Below, in pieces: positions 7,501 through 16,400 of a stretch of DNA of 27,721 nt. Under the pieces are notes generated by a model. The model saw only the letters and a program-made list of their open reading frames with translations. It was not told where the DNA came from and did not search any database. Made by a program: the position numbers and the translations under genes. The DNA is from Breznakia sp. PF5-3 (GTDB lineage Bacteria; Bacillota_I; Bacilli_A; Erysipelotrichales; Erysipelotrichaceae): assembly GCF_029504745.1 (NCBI RefSeq), contig NZ_JAQFIQ010000030.1, positions 1-27,721 on the forward strand, read 5' to 3'. Positions within the stretch are counted from its first letter, which is position 1. The number at the start of each line of letters is the position of its first letter.

Positions 7501-10467
7501 AACCAAGAAACAATCATTTGTCGTATTTCCCCCTCCATCTGGGTCATACCATACATAAGAATTATCATCACCATCATATAAGTTAGTTTCTGGTCCTCGA
7601 TACATGTACCAGCGATCCGTTTTTATAACATTATATTCAATTGGCGAACTATCAATAGCACTTGTTTCTACTTTAAATTCTCCAACTCGCCACCAGATAT
7701 TAACATGGGTAACATTACGAATACGAATTGATTTTGTTGTAATGTTTTGTGCTTCTAAATCAAAATTCTGTACTTTACTATTATTCACATTAGCGATTGT
7801 TTGCCATTCTTCAGCGCTATCTAAATATTCTAAAACACCATCTTTGATTACATCATTTGCATTACTTCCACCTTGCGCAAAAGACACCTTTTTTAATAGT
7901 TGTGGCTCACTAAATGTATACGCTAAATAACTATCTGCAGGTAGTTGATCTTTGCTAGGAGCACTCGCTTTTGAAATCCATACTTCTCCAGCACTATCAC
8001 TTCCTGCATTTCCATCATTTAACACTGACCAATCACTACCATTCATACGATCGCGATTTGATGAATATGTTCCACTTACCTCTGGTTCAGGTTCTATCGT
8101 TTTATTAATTGTTATTTCATGAACATTCAAATATGCATCTTTTACATTATCCTTCGTTGCAATTAAGCGAATCCCCATTGCTTTAAAGTTTGCTGGAAGA
8201 TCTGTTTCATCAAGAATTATTTCTTGATAATTTCCTTGCACTGCTGTATATTCTGTACTATCAATATCTTTCCATTCTTTTCCATCTTCTGTATATTGAA
8301 GTTTTGCATATTCCATATGGTTTTTTCCATTCCCTAATAAGAAACGAAGATAAGAAATATCAATTTTCTTTCCTAATATCACACCAACATAATCACCTTC
8401 ATAAATCCACACTGGATTACGATAGCTTACCATTGTTGAATCATCACCATCAAATACATTTGCTGTACTGCCTGTTGGATTATCACTTCGATTTGTAATA
8501 AATGTTTTACTAACAATATCAGGATCCATAATACTTTCTGCTTTTGTAGCTAAATAGGAATCTAACGTATTAATAAAAGGAACAATATGCTGTACCCCTA
8601 CTTCTGCTTTTTCATTATGATCTACATACCAAAATTCATGTGTTTTTGATTTATCAAATGCCATTTTACCCATCGTTTGATAATTAAAAAGCCCTGTAGA
8701 ATCGTTATTTATAACTGCTTTTATACCATTTAAATAGGCGATTGTAGCATCTGTTGTATCAGACCAACATGCTAACCAATAAATCATTTGGTCTCTTAAA
8801 TACGTATCTCCAGCATAATTGTTAAACGTTTCACTTGCTTCTTTTAAAAGTTCAAACTCTTCAATCATTTGATCTACATCTTCAATGGTTAATGTATCAG
8901 CATTTAACTTATTTTTAAACGCTGTTAACTTAGGTGCTAACTCAACTGACTCTTGAAGCACTGTAACACGACTATCCATATTTTGATTAATCATATGTTT
9001 TGATATTTCTCTAAGTGCTTTTGAACCTGAAGTTTCAAGTGCACTATTATGATCCACGTATTTAAAGGATGCATTCCAAGCTTGATCTGCTTCTTCATTG
9101 CTGCCCCAAATATTCCATGCATAACATGCATTTCCAAAAATAGCCACCTTACTCGGTTCTGATTGTTGCATTGGATTTAAAACAATACCTTGAATATTAC
9201 TAGGATCTACATTTGGGTGTAAAAATGTTGAATAACCACCCATAATCAAATGCTTTTTAGAATTATCTGTACAAGGCCAGTTAATCCAAAGGTATGGTCC
9301 GCGACCTACATTATTTGTAAAAGTTTGTGTAAAGTTTGAAGAAACTTCTCCCCAAACACGACCACCTGTCATAACAATTTGTACATTTTCAGGGAATCGT
9401 TGATAATAAGATTCCCCACTATACATATATTCTTGTGTACAAAATGGCAATGTTATTTTTAAATCTGGATATTCCTTTTGCTTTTCTCTTAACCAATCAC
9501 TCATATCTTCTAATGTTCGAATATAATTATCCCCACCAACATTTCCAGCATCATCAGCTAGAATTGATATTTGACGAACACCAGCATCAATAACTTGATC
9601 AAATTTTGCTTGCATGGTTGCTAAATCCGCTTGATAATTTTCTTCTGAATTATAACGAATCGCATTATACATATATGGATGAAGTGCATACACAAAGCGA
9701 CACTTCGATTTATTTCCTGCTTCAGCCAAAGGTTTAATCTTTGTTTCAATCTCTTCTTCTGTATACAATTCTTTCCATTTTGAATTATGCTTTGGATCAT
9801 CTTTTGGAGCATAGAAATAAGAATTTAATTTATAATTCCCGCCCCATTCCATTAGTGCTATTCGATCTTCTGTAGACCAAGGATTACCATAGTATCCCTC
9901 AATAAATCCACGACTTTCTACATCCGCATAATCCTCAACAACAAAGTTTTGAATCGTATAACTATCTAGTTGTTTAATCACATGATAAAAAGTTGTTAAT
10001 CCATAGTAACAAGCATCTGTATCTTTCCCCAAAACAGTGATTACATTATCTTGTACAGAAAGCAAGTAACTATCCGTTTTATCAAACAAACCAGCTGTTT
10101 TTATCGAACTGTTCTTTTCAGCATATGTATCTACATACCCTTTTGAACCCTGAATACCGACCAAGATATTTGTTTTTCCTTTTTCAACTTTATCTACCTG
10201 TGCAATTTGTAACCCTTTTGAAGAAGCTATATTCGTAAATAATTGTTTTGTATATTCATCAATTCCTTCTTCATAAATTACATTCACTTCATTTTGAATA
10301 ATAAAATCTCCACCTAAATATTCTATTGATTGTGGATTAGGATACAATTCATATTCTATTGTTTCTGCCGATATTTTCATTTCATTATTTTGGTAGAATG
10401 ATTGAAATATACCAGCAATTAAACTAAATATAATTAATAATTTAAAATACTTATAACCTTTTTTCAT
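4510..10467 (-). CDS. Giant secreted GH84 beta-N-acetylglucosaminidase (NagH/NagJ-type) with multiple F5/8-type-C (CBM32-like) modules, FIVAR stalk and C-terminal TM anchor
   Basis: GH84 signatures SRGFIEGYYGNPWSTEDR...SYFYAPKDDPKHNSKWKELY and the catalytic Asp pair in SILADDAGN (about 9550-9555). At least five FDGDxST-type beta-sandwich modules. About 7-9 helical Y(T/S)xxSY...repeats at 4630-6000. Signal peptide MKKGYKYFKLLIIFSLIAG. Start moved to the ATG at 10467 (AAAGGAG 8 nt upstream) instead of the track's GTG at 10500. Confidence 0.92.
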   Translation of the reverse strand: MKKGYKYFKLLIIFSLIAGIFQSFYQNNEMKISAETIEYELYPNPQSIEYLGGDFIIQNEVNVIYEEGIDEYTKQLFTNIASSKGLQIAQVDKVEKGKTNILVGIQGSKGYVDTYAEKNSSIKTAGLFDKTDSYLLSVQDNVITVLGKDTDACYYGLTTFYHVIKQLDSYTIQNFVVEDYADVESRGFIEGYYGNPWSTEDRIALMEWGGNYKLNSYFYAPKDDPKHNSKWKELYTEEEIETKIKPLAEAGNKSKCRFVYALHPYMYNAIRYNSEENYQADLATMQAKFDQVIDAGVRQISILADDAGNVGGDNYIRTLEDMSDWLREKQKEYPDLKITLPFCTQEYMYSGESYYQRFPENVQIVMTGGRVWGEVSSNFTQTFTNNVGRGPYLWINWPCTDNSKKHLIMGGYSTFLHPNVDPSNIQGIVLNPMQQSEPSKVAIFGNACYAWNIWGSNEEADQAWNASFKYVDHNSALETSGSKALREISKHMINQNMDSRVTVLQESVELAPKLTAFKNKLNADTLTIEDVDQMIEEFELLKEASETFNNYAGDTYLRDQMIYWLACWSDTTDATIAYLNGIKAVINNDSTGLFNYQTMGKMAFDKSKTHEFWYVDHNEKAEVGVQHIVPFINTLDSYLATKAESIMDPDIVSKTFITNRSDNPTGSTANVFDGDDSTMVSYRNPVWIYEGDYVGVILGKKIDISYLRFLLGNGKNHMEYAKLQYTEDGKEWKDIDSTEYTAVQGNYQEIILDETDLPANFKAMGIRLIATKDNVKDAYLNVHEITINKTIEPEPEVSGTYSSNRDRMNGSDWSVLNDGNAGSDSAGEVWISKASAPSKDQLPADSYLAYTFSEPQLLKKVSFAQGGSNANDVIKDGVLEYLDSAEEWQTIANVNNSKVQNFDLEAQNITTKSIRIRNVTHVNIWWRVGEFKVETSAIDSSPIEYNVIKTDRWYMYRGPETNLYDGDDNSYVWYDPDGGGNTTNDCFLVDDFLGYDLGKIANLQSTHIVVGADGSDKLMNYTVETSLDGITWTAVNGYESYTGAASGKDILDIELNATKARYIRIRNLAKRASWAKISEFTVKEVPSDGDTKHLYTNTNSSILVNTNTKGEAFLTSGNVLLAQNQYIGIKLDNIKQIENIQTNTLPEGFKLQTSMNALTWKEYTANDDIDACYIRVINTSDTNKVWNIENFKVTYMYIAEKSVTSDFALQESSSDMRNANNVNNVNNVFDGNLSTMGIITGPQDASKKIVFDLGQEIDFTSLRYYVNETQLNYMRSGIFEVSNDPNSTNWTPLMKINEAGVFENVWDGSVAKDAAWLTHDSKNPGYMYAEATKLNAKGRYLRIRPLKTYSHRWLAFNEIQINDGAYITTESNKDVIADAVEERDKIPSNMFDRDFATTYKSSAKNTSFTYRISQPEGLSSMRIVQTGEISNASVAVTYLDGTRANVTLGNLNQAINEFIFDSSKSVVAITVSWDDKVPEIAEIMMSTKSITAADTSQLEAEVAKGAEATWTKDSKTIYEEAKAVAENIIANKNSVSQEVADAALGALKAARLNAKDKAVNISELQAIVDHKLSNADSIYSIATYANYEEAITKLETALQDVDNLSQVQADKLLTAINTAKDALEYSIRNRELAELGLDKFGFVEANKYTKASYEALTNAKSDLEALIAKDKTGVERVHPKDMKEAQKAFDDALDNLVDISALKTVIAEFDTINADNYTEASYGTYKQEIDKGKALLEAGSKEEIATAIQDIQSAKSNLQVKATVDLEAIIKEAEALQAADYTENSYKALATAIADAKKTHNQDEEEALANAILDAKSKLVNIVALKDKVALANTVDKDNYTVSSYKQLENLLNDSKELFISGSEKEISAMVNRIQAALLALEKRASGMEDYRDNIILKPATGYTKESYEEYKKAYDFLMGLDPLQTSEAAFVDAKLAFEKAEAALQLKGSPSTNDATNKMLLLFLLTGSAFMLLEKMRRKNKKSI
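4630..6000 (-). repeat. FIVAR-type helical repeat array (coding) in the GH84 gene
   Basis: Reiterated units of about 60-70 aa of the type (N)YTxxSYxxxxxAxxxAxxLL...(e.g. YTEASYGTYKQEIDKGKALLEAG, YTENSYKALATAIADAKK, YTVSSYKQLENLLNDSKELF, YTKESYEEYKKAYDFL). Confidence 0.75.
9050..10360 (-). other. GH84 N-terminal domain + catalytic TIM-barrel region of the 4510-10467 gene
   Basis: Region from YELYPNPQSIEYLGG through the DD catalytic pair to ...NACYAWNIWGS. Boundaries are approximate. Confidence 0.7.
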
Positions 10468-10548
10468 TTTATATTCTCCTTTTTCTTTTTTCTTCTTCAC
10501 TGCTGTTTGATAATACTTCTACTATCACCTCCATGGTTCAATTTCTAT

Positions 10549-10620
10549 AAAAAAAGACAAGCCCGACAAATCACCTTTGTGATTAGTCAGTCTTGCCAAA
10601 TTTCTTTGTTACAATCTAAC
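10549..10620 (-). promoter_or_regulatory. RAT-like antiterminator target overlapping an intrinsic terminator (leader copy 2, between the TetR stop and the GH84 start)
   Basis: Minus strand: GGUUAGAUUGUAACAAAGAAAUUUGGCAAGACUGACUAAUCAC-AAAG-GUGAUUUGUCGGGCUUGUCUUUUUUU. 19-position stem with 17 pairs, followed by U7. The 42 nt tgattagtcagtcttgccaaatttctttgttacaatctaac are identical to copy 1. Confidence 0.75.
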
Positions 10621-10633
10621 CTTATTTATTATT

Positions 10634-11197
10634 TTATACCTTGTCCTTTGCAATAGATTTCCACCACATAGCAAAGCTTACCTCTTTATACTTACTTTCA
10701 TCATCATTACTAGCAACACAATAATCAAATATTGAAATAATAGACCCATAAAAACTACTTACAATCAGTTGATCAGGAATGTCAATAAAATAACCTTTTT
10801 TAATAAGTTCCTCAAATACTTTTTTAATAAAAACAAAAGTTGCAGCTGGTTGCTGTTCTCTTAGATATCTCAAATCTGGTAACGTGCTATACATATTAAA
10901 GAAAATGAACGCCTCTTTATTTTCCAAAAACCAATTTAAACATGCATACCAAACTTTCTTGACACTATCTTTATTCAATGACGAGTCAGCAATACCATCA
11001 GAAATCGTTTTTCTAAAAGAATCAATTTTCCATAAATATAGAAAAACAATTAATTCATCCTTTGTTTTAAAATAATAAAACAATGTTCCATTTGACACAT
11101 TTGCTGCATTCGCAATCTTTGCCGTTGTTGTACTTTGTAAGCCATCTTTCGCAAACAATGATAATGCTGTAGTTAAAATTTTTTCACGATTTTCCAT
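10634..11197 (-). CDS. TetR/AcrR-family transcriptional regulator
   Basis: N-terminal HTH REKILTTALSLFAKDGLQSTTTAKIANAANVSNGTLFYYFKTKDELI. Start moved to the ATG at 11197 (GGAGG 5 nt upstream) rather than the TTG at 11209. Confidence 0.9.
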   Translation of the reverse strand: MENREKILTTALSLFAKDGLQSTTTAKIANAANVSNGTLFYYFKTKDELIVFLYLWKIDSFRKTISDGIADSSLNKDSVKKVWYACLNWFLENKEAFIFFNMYSTLPDLRYLREQQPAATFVFIKKVFEELIKKGYFIDIPDQLIVSSFYGSIISIFDYCVASNDDESKYKEVSFAMWWKSIAKDKV

Positions 11198-11262
11198 AAT
11201 ATCCTCCAAATTATCAATTACGTAACATCAATTACCATATTAACATAGTGGAGCTAAAACCT

Positions 11263-11284
11263 TTATAGAGTGTGTACTCTATAA
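11263..11284. promoter_or_regulatory. Candidate TetR operator: perfect 9-bp inverted repeat TTATAGAGT-N4-ACTCTATAA
   Basis: Palindrome seen directly. It lies 5 bp downstream of the -10 of the TetR-gene promoter, the classic autorepression position. Confidence 0.6.
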
Positions 11285-11288
11285 GCAT

Positions 11289-11317
11289 ATATTAGCATAT
11301 CGATATTTTAAATGCAA
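11289..11317 (-). promoter_or_regulatory. Sigma-A-type promoter of the TetR gene (TTGCAT-17-TAATAT)
   Basis: -35 TTGCAT (11312-11317), 17-nt spacer, -10 TAATAT (11289-11294), read on the minus strand. Confidence 0.6.
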
Positions 11318-11360
11318 TCTTTAATTGATGTTTTATTTTTATAAATATAAAGCGTTAATA

Positions 11361-11388
11361 ATAAAGAAAAAGAGTCTATTGACTCTTT
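11361..11388 (-). terminator. Intrinsic terminator after the lipoprotein gene
   Basis: Minus strand AAAGAGUC-AAUA-GACUCUUUUUCUUUAU. 8-bp stem, tetraloop, U-rich tail. Confidence 0.7.
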
Positions 11389-11410
11389 CAAATATTATAA
11401 ATATATAATG

Positions 11411-11863
11411 TTATTTACACTTAGCCCCTGCGTCTTCCATTTCTTTAACGAAATCATCAAACTTCATGTTTTTAAGTTCTTCTGTATCACTACCTGTCAT
11501 ATTGAATTCACGTGGCAATTCATCTAACTTTTGAATATCCATTGTTACTTCAATCTTCATTACGTTACCATCAATAGAAGATGAAATTTTAATTCCATCG
11601 TATTGTGAAAGATTTTCATTCATTTCATCTTCGTATGCTTTTAAATCTTCATCACTCATTTCTTTATAAAGATCATTTTCATTTTCTGCTTTGAAAGTTA
11701 GTTTTCCTACTTTTCCATCATCCTCTTTAATTTCAATTTCCATTTCCATTCCTGCAACATCTTCACCTACTGTACATACTTTTGTACCTGAAGAACTGCC
11801 TCCCCCTGAACATCCTGCTACTAATAATAATGTAGCAAATAAACTAGCTAATAATTTTTTCAT
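11411..11863 (-). CDS. Small acidic lipoprotein (function unknown)
   Basis: Lipobox signal MKKLLASLFATLLLVAG|CSGGGSSSG. RBS AAAAGGAGAG upstream. The mature part is acidic. No enzymatic motif recognised. Confidence 0.8.
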   Translation of the reverse strand: MKKLLASLFATLLLVAGCSGGGSSSGTKVCTVGEDVAGMEMEIEIKEDDGKVGKLTFKAENENDLYKEMSDEDLKAYEDEMNENLSQYDGIKISSSIDGNVMKIEVTMDIQKLDELPREFNMTGSDTEELKNMKFDDFVKEMEDAGAKCK

Positions 11864-11980
11864 ATTCCTGTTTCTCTCCTTTTACTTATCTATCTTCTTT
11901 TATACCATAAATATGGTTTTTTTTAAAGGTTTATTACGTCTTTTTCGCGATTTTGATAAACTTTTGACTGTTTTTTATTA

Positions 11981-12013
11981 GAAATGAAAAAGAATCCATT
12001 ATAGATTCTTTTT
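11981..12013 (-). terminator. Intrinsic terminator after the PL8 gene
   Basis: Minus strand AAAAAGAAUC-UAUAAUG-GAUUCUUUUUCAUUUC. 10-bp stem (12004-12013 / 11987-11996). Confidence 0.7.
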
Positions 12014-12030
12014 CTTCTATATTCTATTTA

Positions 12031-13400
12031 TTATTTACGAATATATTTCTTTCTTCTATATGTTCCATACATTGCAAGTCCTGCTAATGCCATCAAACTC
12101 ACCAAAGTGTTTACATCTGTTGTATCTCCTGATGCTACTCCTTTCGCTGATGTTGCTGCTTTGCTTGGACTACTTACTTTCTTTAATCCATTCATTGCTT
12201 TTTGTAATTTCAATTCTGCTGCTTTTACTTCTTCTTGGGTTACTTCTTCATTATTCAAGACTGCTTGTGCTTCTTTGATTGCTGCATTTAATGTATTCAC
12301 ACTACCTGCTGTGTAACCTTTTACTTCTAAGTTGTTTGCTTTTGTAACCATCTTAGATAACGCACTTGTATCTGCTTTCAATCTTGCTTTTAACTTCTCT
12401 TTTGTTAGTGCTTTTGTTGCTGCATCAATCTCGGCTTGTGTCTTACCATTCGCTAATACTTTCTTTGCACTTTCTAATGCTGCTGGTAATCCTTTGATTG
12501 ATGATGCTACATACTTCGTTTTGTTTTCTAAGATCTTTTCAACCGCTGCTATTTCTCTTTCTAACGCTTCCGTATTGATCTTTCTTTCCAATCCATTGAT
12601 TGCATCAAACAAGTCTTTGTATGCTTTTGCTACTTCTGTTTCTGTTGCATCATCATTCGCTACTACCGTTTTCGCTGCTGCCAATGCTGTTTCTAGTTTC
12701 GCCCAGCTTTCTGCACTGTAGTCTGCTTCTGCATACTTCTCAGCAATGATGATAAGTGATGTCAATTCACTCTTATCAACAATATCCCACAATTGACTCA
12801 TTGCATCTGCAATCTTGTCTGTTGCTGCGATAATCGCTGCTTTGTCTTTGCTGTTTGCTTCTACTAATGCTTTTCCTTCGGCTACTGCTGTTTCTAATTC
12901 TTTTACTTTTCCTGGACGATAGCTACTTGTATCTCCATCTAAGATATCTTGTGCTATTTCCACATGTATCTCAAGTGTATCTAGTAAAGAATTCGTTTCT
13001 GCTTTATTCGCTTCTAATACTTTCTTTGCCTCAAATAGATCTTCTATTGCTTTGCTTACTTCACTTGATGAAAGGTCTTCTCTACCTTTTGCTAGTAATG
13101 TTTCACTTTCTTCAATAAGTGCTTTCATATCTGCAAAGTCTGCTTCTGTGAAATCATCTTCCATTGTTTTACAAGTATCTATTAATGTTTCTAATGCATC
13201 TACTGCTTCTTTTGATGCACGTGGTTCTAGATTCTTAATTGCTTCATCCAATGCTTTAACTGCTTCTTTTACTTCTGATGCAGAAGCATCTACATCTAAA
13301 TTCACAGCTGTTTCATAAGCATCCTTAAATGCATCCCATGAAGATGATGTCATTGTATCTTCTTTATCATCATCGATGATTGCTTCTGCTTCAGCAATCT
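12031..13400 (-). repeat. Copy A of a roughly 1.4 kb near-identical coding repeat (FIVAR stalk + C-terminal anchor module)
   Basis: Aligns with 18443-19842 at offset 6412 near the 3' end and 6442 after a 30-nt indel. The antisense shadow ORFs in the supplied track recur at the same offsets (12060/18472, 12855/19297, 13052/19494). Confidence 0.9.
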
Positions 13401-16400
13401 TTTCATCAAGTTCGCTACGATCAACATTTAATTCTACAACAATCGTAAATGTTTTACCTGCTGCTCCACTTGTGTTAATAGAGAATGTTTCATCTCCATT
13501 TTGTGTTACTTTATCACTTTTTGAAACCAATGACTTATAACCATCTGTAAGTTCTAATTTCAATGATATTGCATTTTGTTTTGGATTACTGATAGAAATC
13601 GTCATAACACCATCTACTGTTTCTGTATAGATACATGCTGGTGCACTTACTTTAAATCCATTTACTTCAATATTATCTGCAAATGTATTTAATGCAAATA
13701 CATTACCTTCACTAATTGCATGTGCATTTTCGTTATTGATAATTTCAAGATCATTATCCTTTGCATATGCTGCTAGTGAAGCTTCACTAGCATCTGGGAA
13801 TAATACATATTCATATTTTCCATCTACTGATGTTGAACCATGGTTAATTCCTAAACTAAAGAAATCCATAGTATATGTTTTATCATTTACAAAATAATTA
13901 TTAATATCTGAATATTTACCAGTTCTTTCTTCTACCAATGCTTTTACATCTTGTGCAGTTGGGAAGTAATATCCAATTTGTGTATTTGTTGATGCTTCAT
14001 CATAGTGTACATAAGATCCTTCACCTAAGTTTAATGTTTCTTTTGCATTGGTCCATTTTGTTCCATTTACCGAAATCTTAGAGTCATCACTTATTACTCT
14101 ATTTTCAATTGTTGTTTCAATGGTATCCGTTGTTGTTCCATCAATATCACTACCAACTGCAACAATCTTATCACCTAAGAAGAACCATGATTTTTTCGCT
14201 TTTAAATTCATGTTTGTAACATGACCTTTATTTAAGAACATTGCACCTGTACCATTGATTCCATCACTAACACCACCAACCAATGATTGTGCTGATTTTT
14301 CACTTTGGTCAGAACCGTTGTTTCGACTTCTTGTATCCGTTGTCGTTCCTGCTAAGCGTAAAGAATCAATTGCTGTCCAATATCCTTCTCCATATTGCTT
14401 GAAATCATTTGTATATAAATACAATGCTCCATCTGCTGTATGCCATCCTCTAGGATTTTCTGTATTTCCATATTCATAGTTATTAATTCTTGATGAATAC
14501 ATAGAAAGTCCAACTGCATATGTATCTTTAGATTGCGTTATTCTATCCATAGATCCATACACTTTCATTCCTGTATATCGTTTTGCCTCTATATTATTAT
14601 CATTTAATAATGCTTTTGCATTTAATAAAGATTCAATATCTCTAGCATTTGCAAAGAAATCATATTCCTCTGCACTACCTTGCAACCAATATTTAATTGC
14701 TTCATCGATTTGGGAACTATACTTTTCAGGTGCAAATTGTGAAATCAACATTAAATTAGAAATGGTTTCTGACCCTGATGCTAATTCAGTTGTAAATGGA
14801 TTTGTTCCTGGTGCTCTAGAAATACTTCTTCCATTTACCATTGCCATCATTCTTCCTCTTTCCATAAGTGGAATATATCCTTCTACAGCTGTGTTGTATA
14901 CATTTTCAATCCTTGCATCTTTAATTTCCCAATCTGTTCCTGCTGTTATTGATTGAATCTTACCAATCCCCTTCATCAGCTCATTTCCATAACTACCTGT
15001 ATAAGCATGTGCTGTATGTTGGATTACTGATCCATCTGCGTACAAACCATCCCCTTTAGTAACTAATTTCATTACATCTGGAACTTTTGTAAGTACTAAA
15101 TTCATTCTACTATCGTTTCTGGCTACAATTGCACTTCCCAATACAGCCAATCCGATATCAGTACGATTTGCACCAGAAGCTGTATAACTTGGCCATTGTA
15201 TTGCTGGATCTTTCGCATATCCTTCTACACTCTTCACGGCTGCTTCTATATCCGTGTACTCAGAATAGTCTTTTAAGATAATCAACGTATCAACAAGTTG
15301 ATGTGTACATCCAATCTGCCAATCCCACCAGTTTCCTGTATAATATACACCGTTATATTTTCTATTTACAACCATGAAATCAAGAGCTGAAAGAATATCA
15401 TTGTACAACGCTTTATTTTGATATAATGCACTTCCTTTGGTTCCAAAAGCTAAAGTAAGCTTTTTAATTTTTGTAAATTGAGTTGTATAGTCAGCTGCCA
15501 CTGTACTATCACTCATATCCCACAACGTTGTACGATCACTTTCCTTATGCATGCTATCCCATAGTTCTTGAGCTTCATCAGAAACATTCTTAATGTAGGC
15601 TGCTACATCTGGATCATTTAAATCCAATGTATCATCTCCAACAACTCGGCGTAACCAACGATCTTGCATCGTATCATAATCTGGGTTGTAAGTTGGTTGT
15701 TCAACATTAACATCTAATGTTGCTTTTATTTCTGGATTTTCTTTACTAGCTACTGTAATTACAGCTTTACCTAAACCAACACATTCTACCAATCCATCTT
15801 TATTTACTACTGCAACATTTTCATCATCACTTGAATAAGTTACTTCAAGATCAGCATCAATTGCTTTTGAAGGATATACACTATACTCAACAAAGCGTTT
15901 ATCTCTTGGTGTAAGATTTAGTTCTTCTTCATCAAAAACTAACTTGCTCACCTTAACAGGTCCATCAACTATTTCAACCTCAAAGGTAGCAAAAACATTA
16001 TCATCAACTGCTGATTTTACTGTAATTGTTGCCGTTCCAGCACCAACTCCTGTTATTGTTCCATCTGTATCAACCTTTGCTACTAACTCATTATCCGATA
16101 CATAAGTCACTGCTTTATGTTGCGCAAGAGTTGGAGTAATTTCAGGTTTTAAAGCAATTTCATCGCCTATTGAAATAACATCCGATGTTGATGGTAATGT
16201 AATTTCTTCAATCAAAAACTCTTTATATACTTCCATTTCATAAAAACTAGTACTATATAATTGTTTATTTGAATGCAGCCATCTTTCAAGTTGTTGATAT
16301 TTTACATATCTTGCTTTTGTCATTGTGAAAGACGCTTGAACTACTCCATCAACACCATGTTCACCGTTCATTTCTTCATATACTTTTGTCCAATCACTTC

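Noticed and set aside
9621-9812. 63-aa minus-strand ORF in an alternative frame inside the GH84 gene
   Set aside because: It lies out of frame within the GH84 catalytic region, which reads through cleanly in its own frame. There is no RBS and no recognisable motif.
10468-10500. N-terminal extensions suggested by the ORF track (GTG 10500 for GH84, GTG 24256 for GH20, TTG 11209 for TetR, TTG 26340 for the Nim-like gene, GTG 27456 for the CSD-like gene)
   Set aside because: In each case an internal ATG has a properly spaced SD and yields a canonical N-terminus (signal peptide or HTH). The extensions run through leader, SD-box or promoter sequence and lack their own RBS.
10470-10532. Possible conserved leader peptide starting MEVIV (ATGGAGGTGAT...) after the terminators of leader copies 1 and 2
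   Set aside because: There is no SD upstream of the ATG. The two ORFs diverge immediately in length and sequence (about 45 versus 21 codons). In copy 4 the equivalent ATG is followed by a stop after two codons (ATG AGG TGA), and copy 3 has no ATG. The conserved unit is the GGAGGTGAT box itself, not a peptide.
12332-12721. Plus-strand ORFs (e.g. 12060-12278, 12107-12316, 12332-12721, 12855-13118, 13052-13318, and the matching set 18472-18699, 18603-19163, 19297-19560, 19494-19760) inside the stalk-coding regions
   Set aside because: They are antisense shadows of the Ala/Lys/Glu-rich FIVAR repeats in the far longer minus-strand genes. Their products are low-complexity Leu/Phe/Ser-rich sequences with no RBS. 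Their duplication simply mirrors the 1.4 kb repeat.
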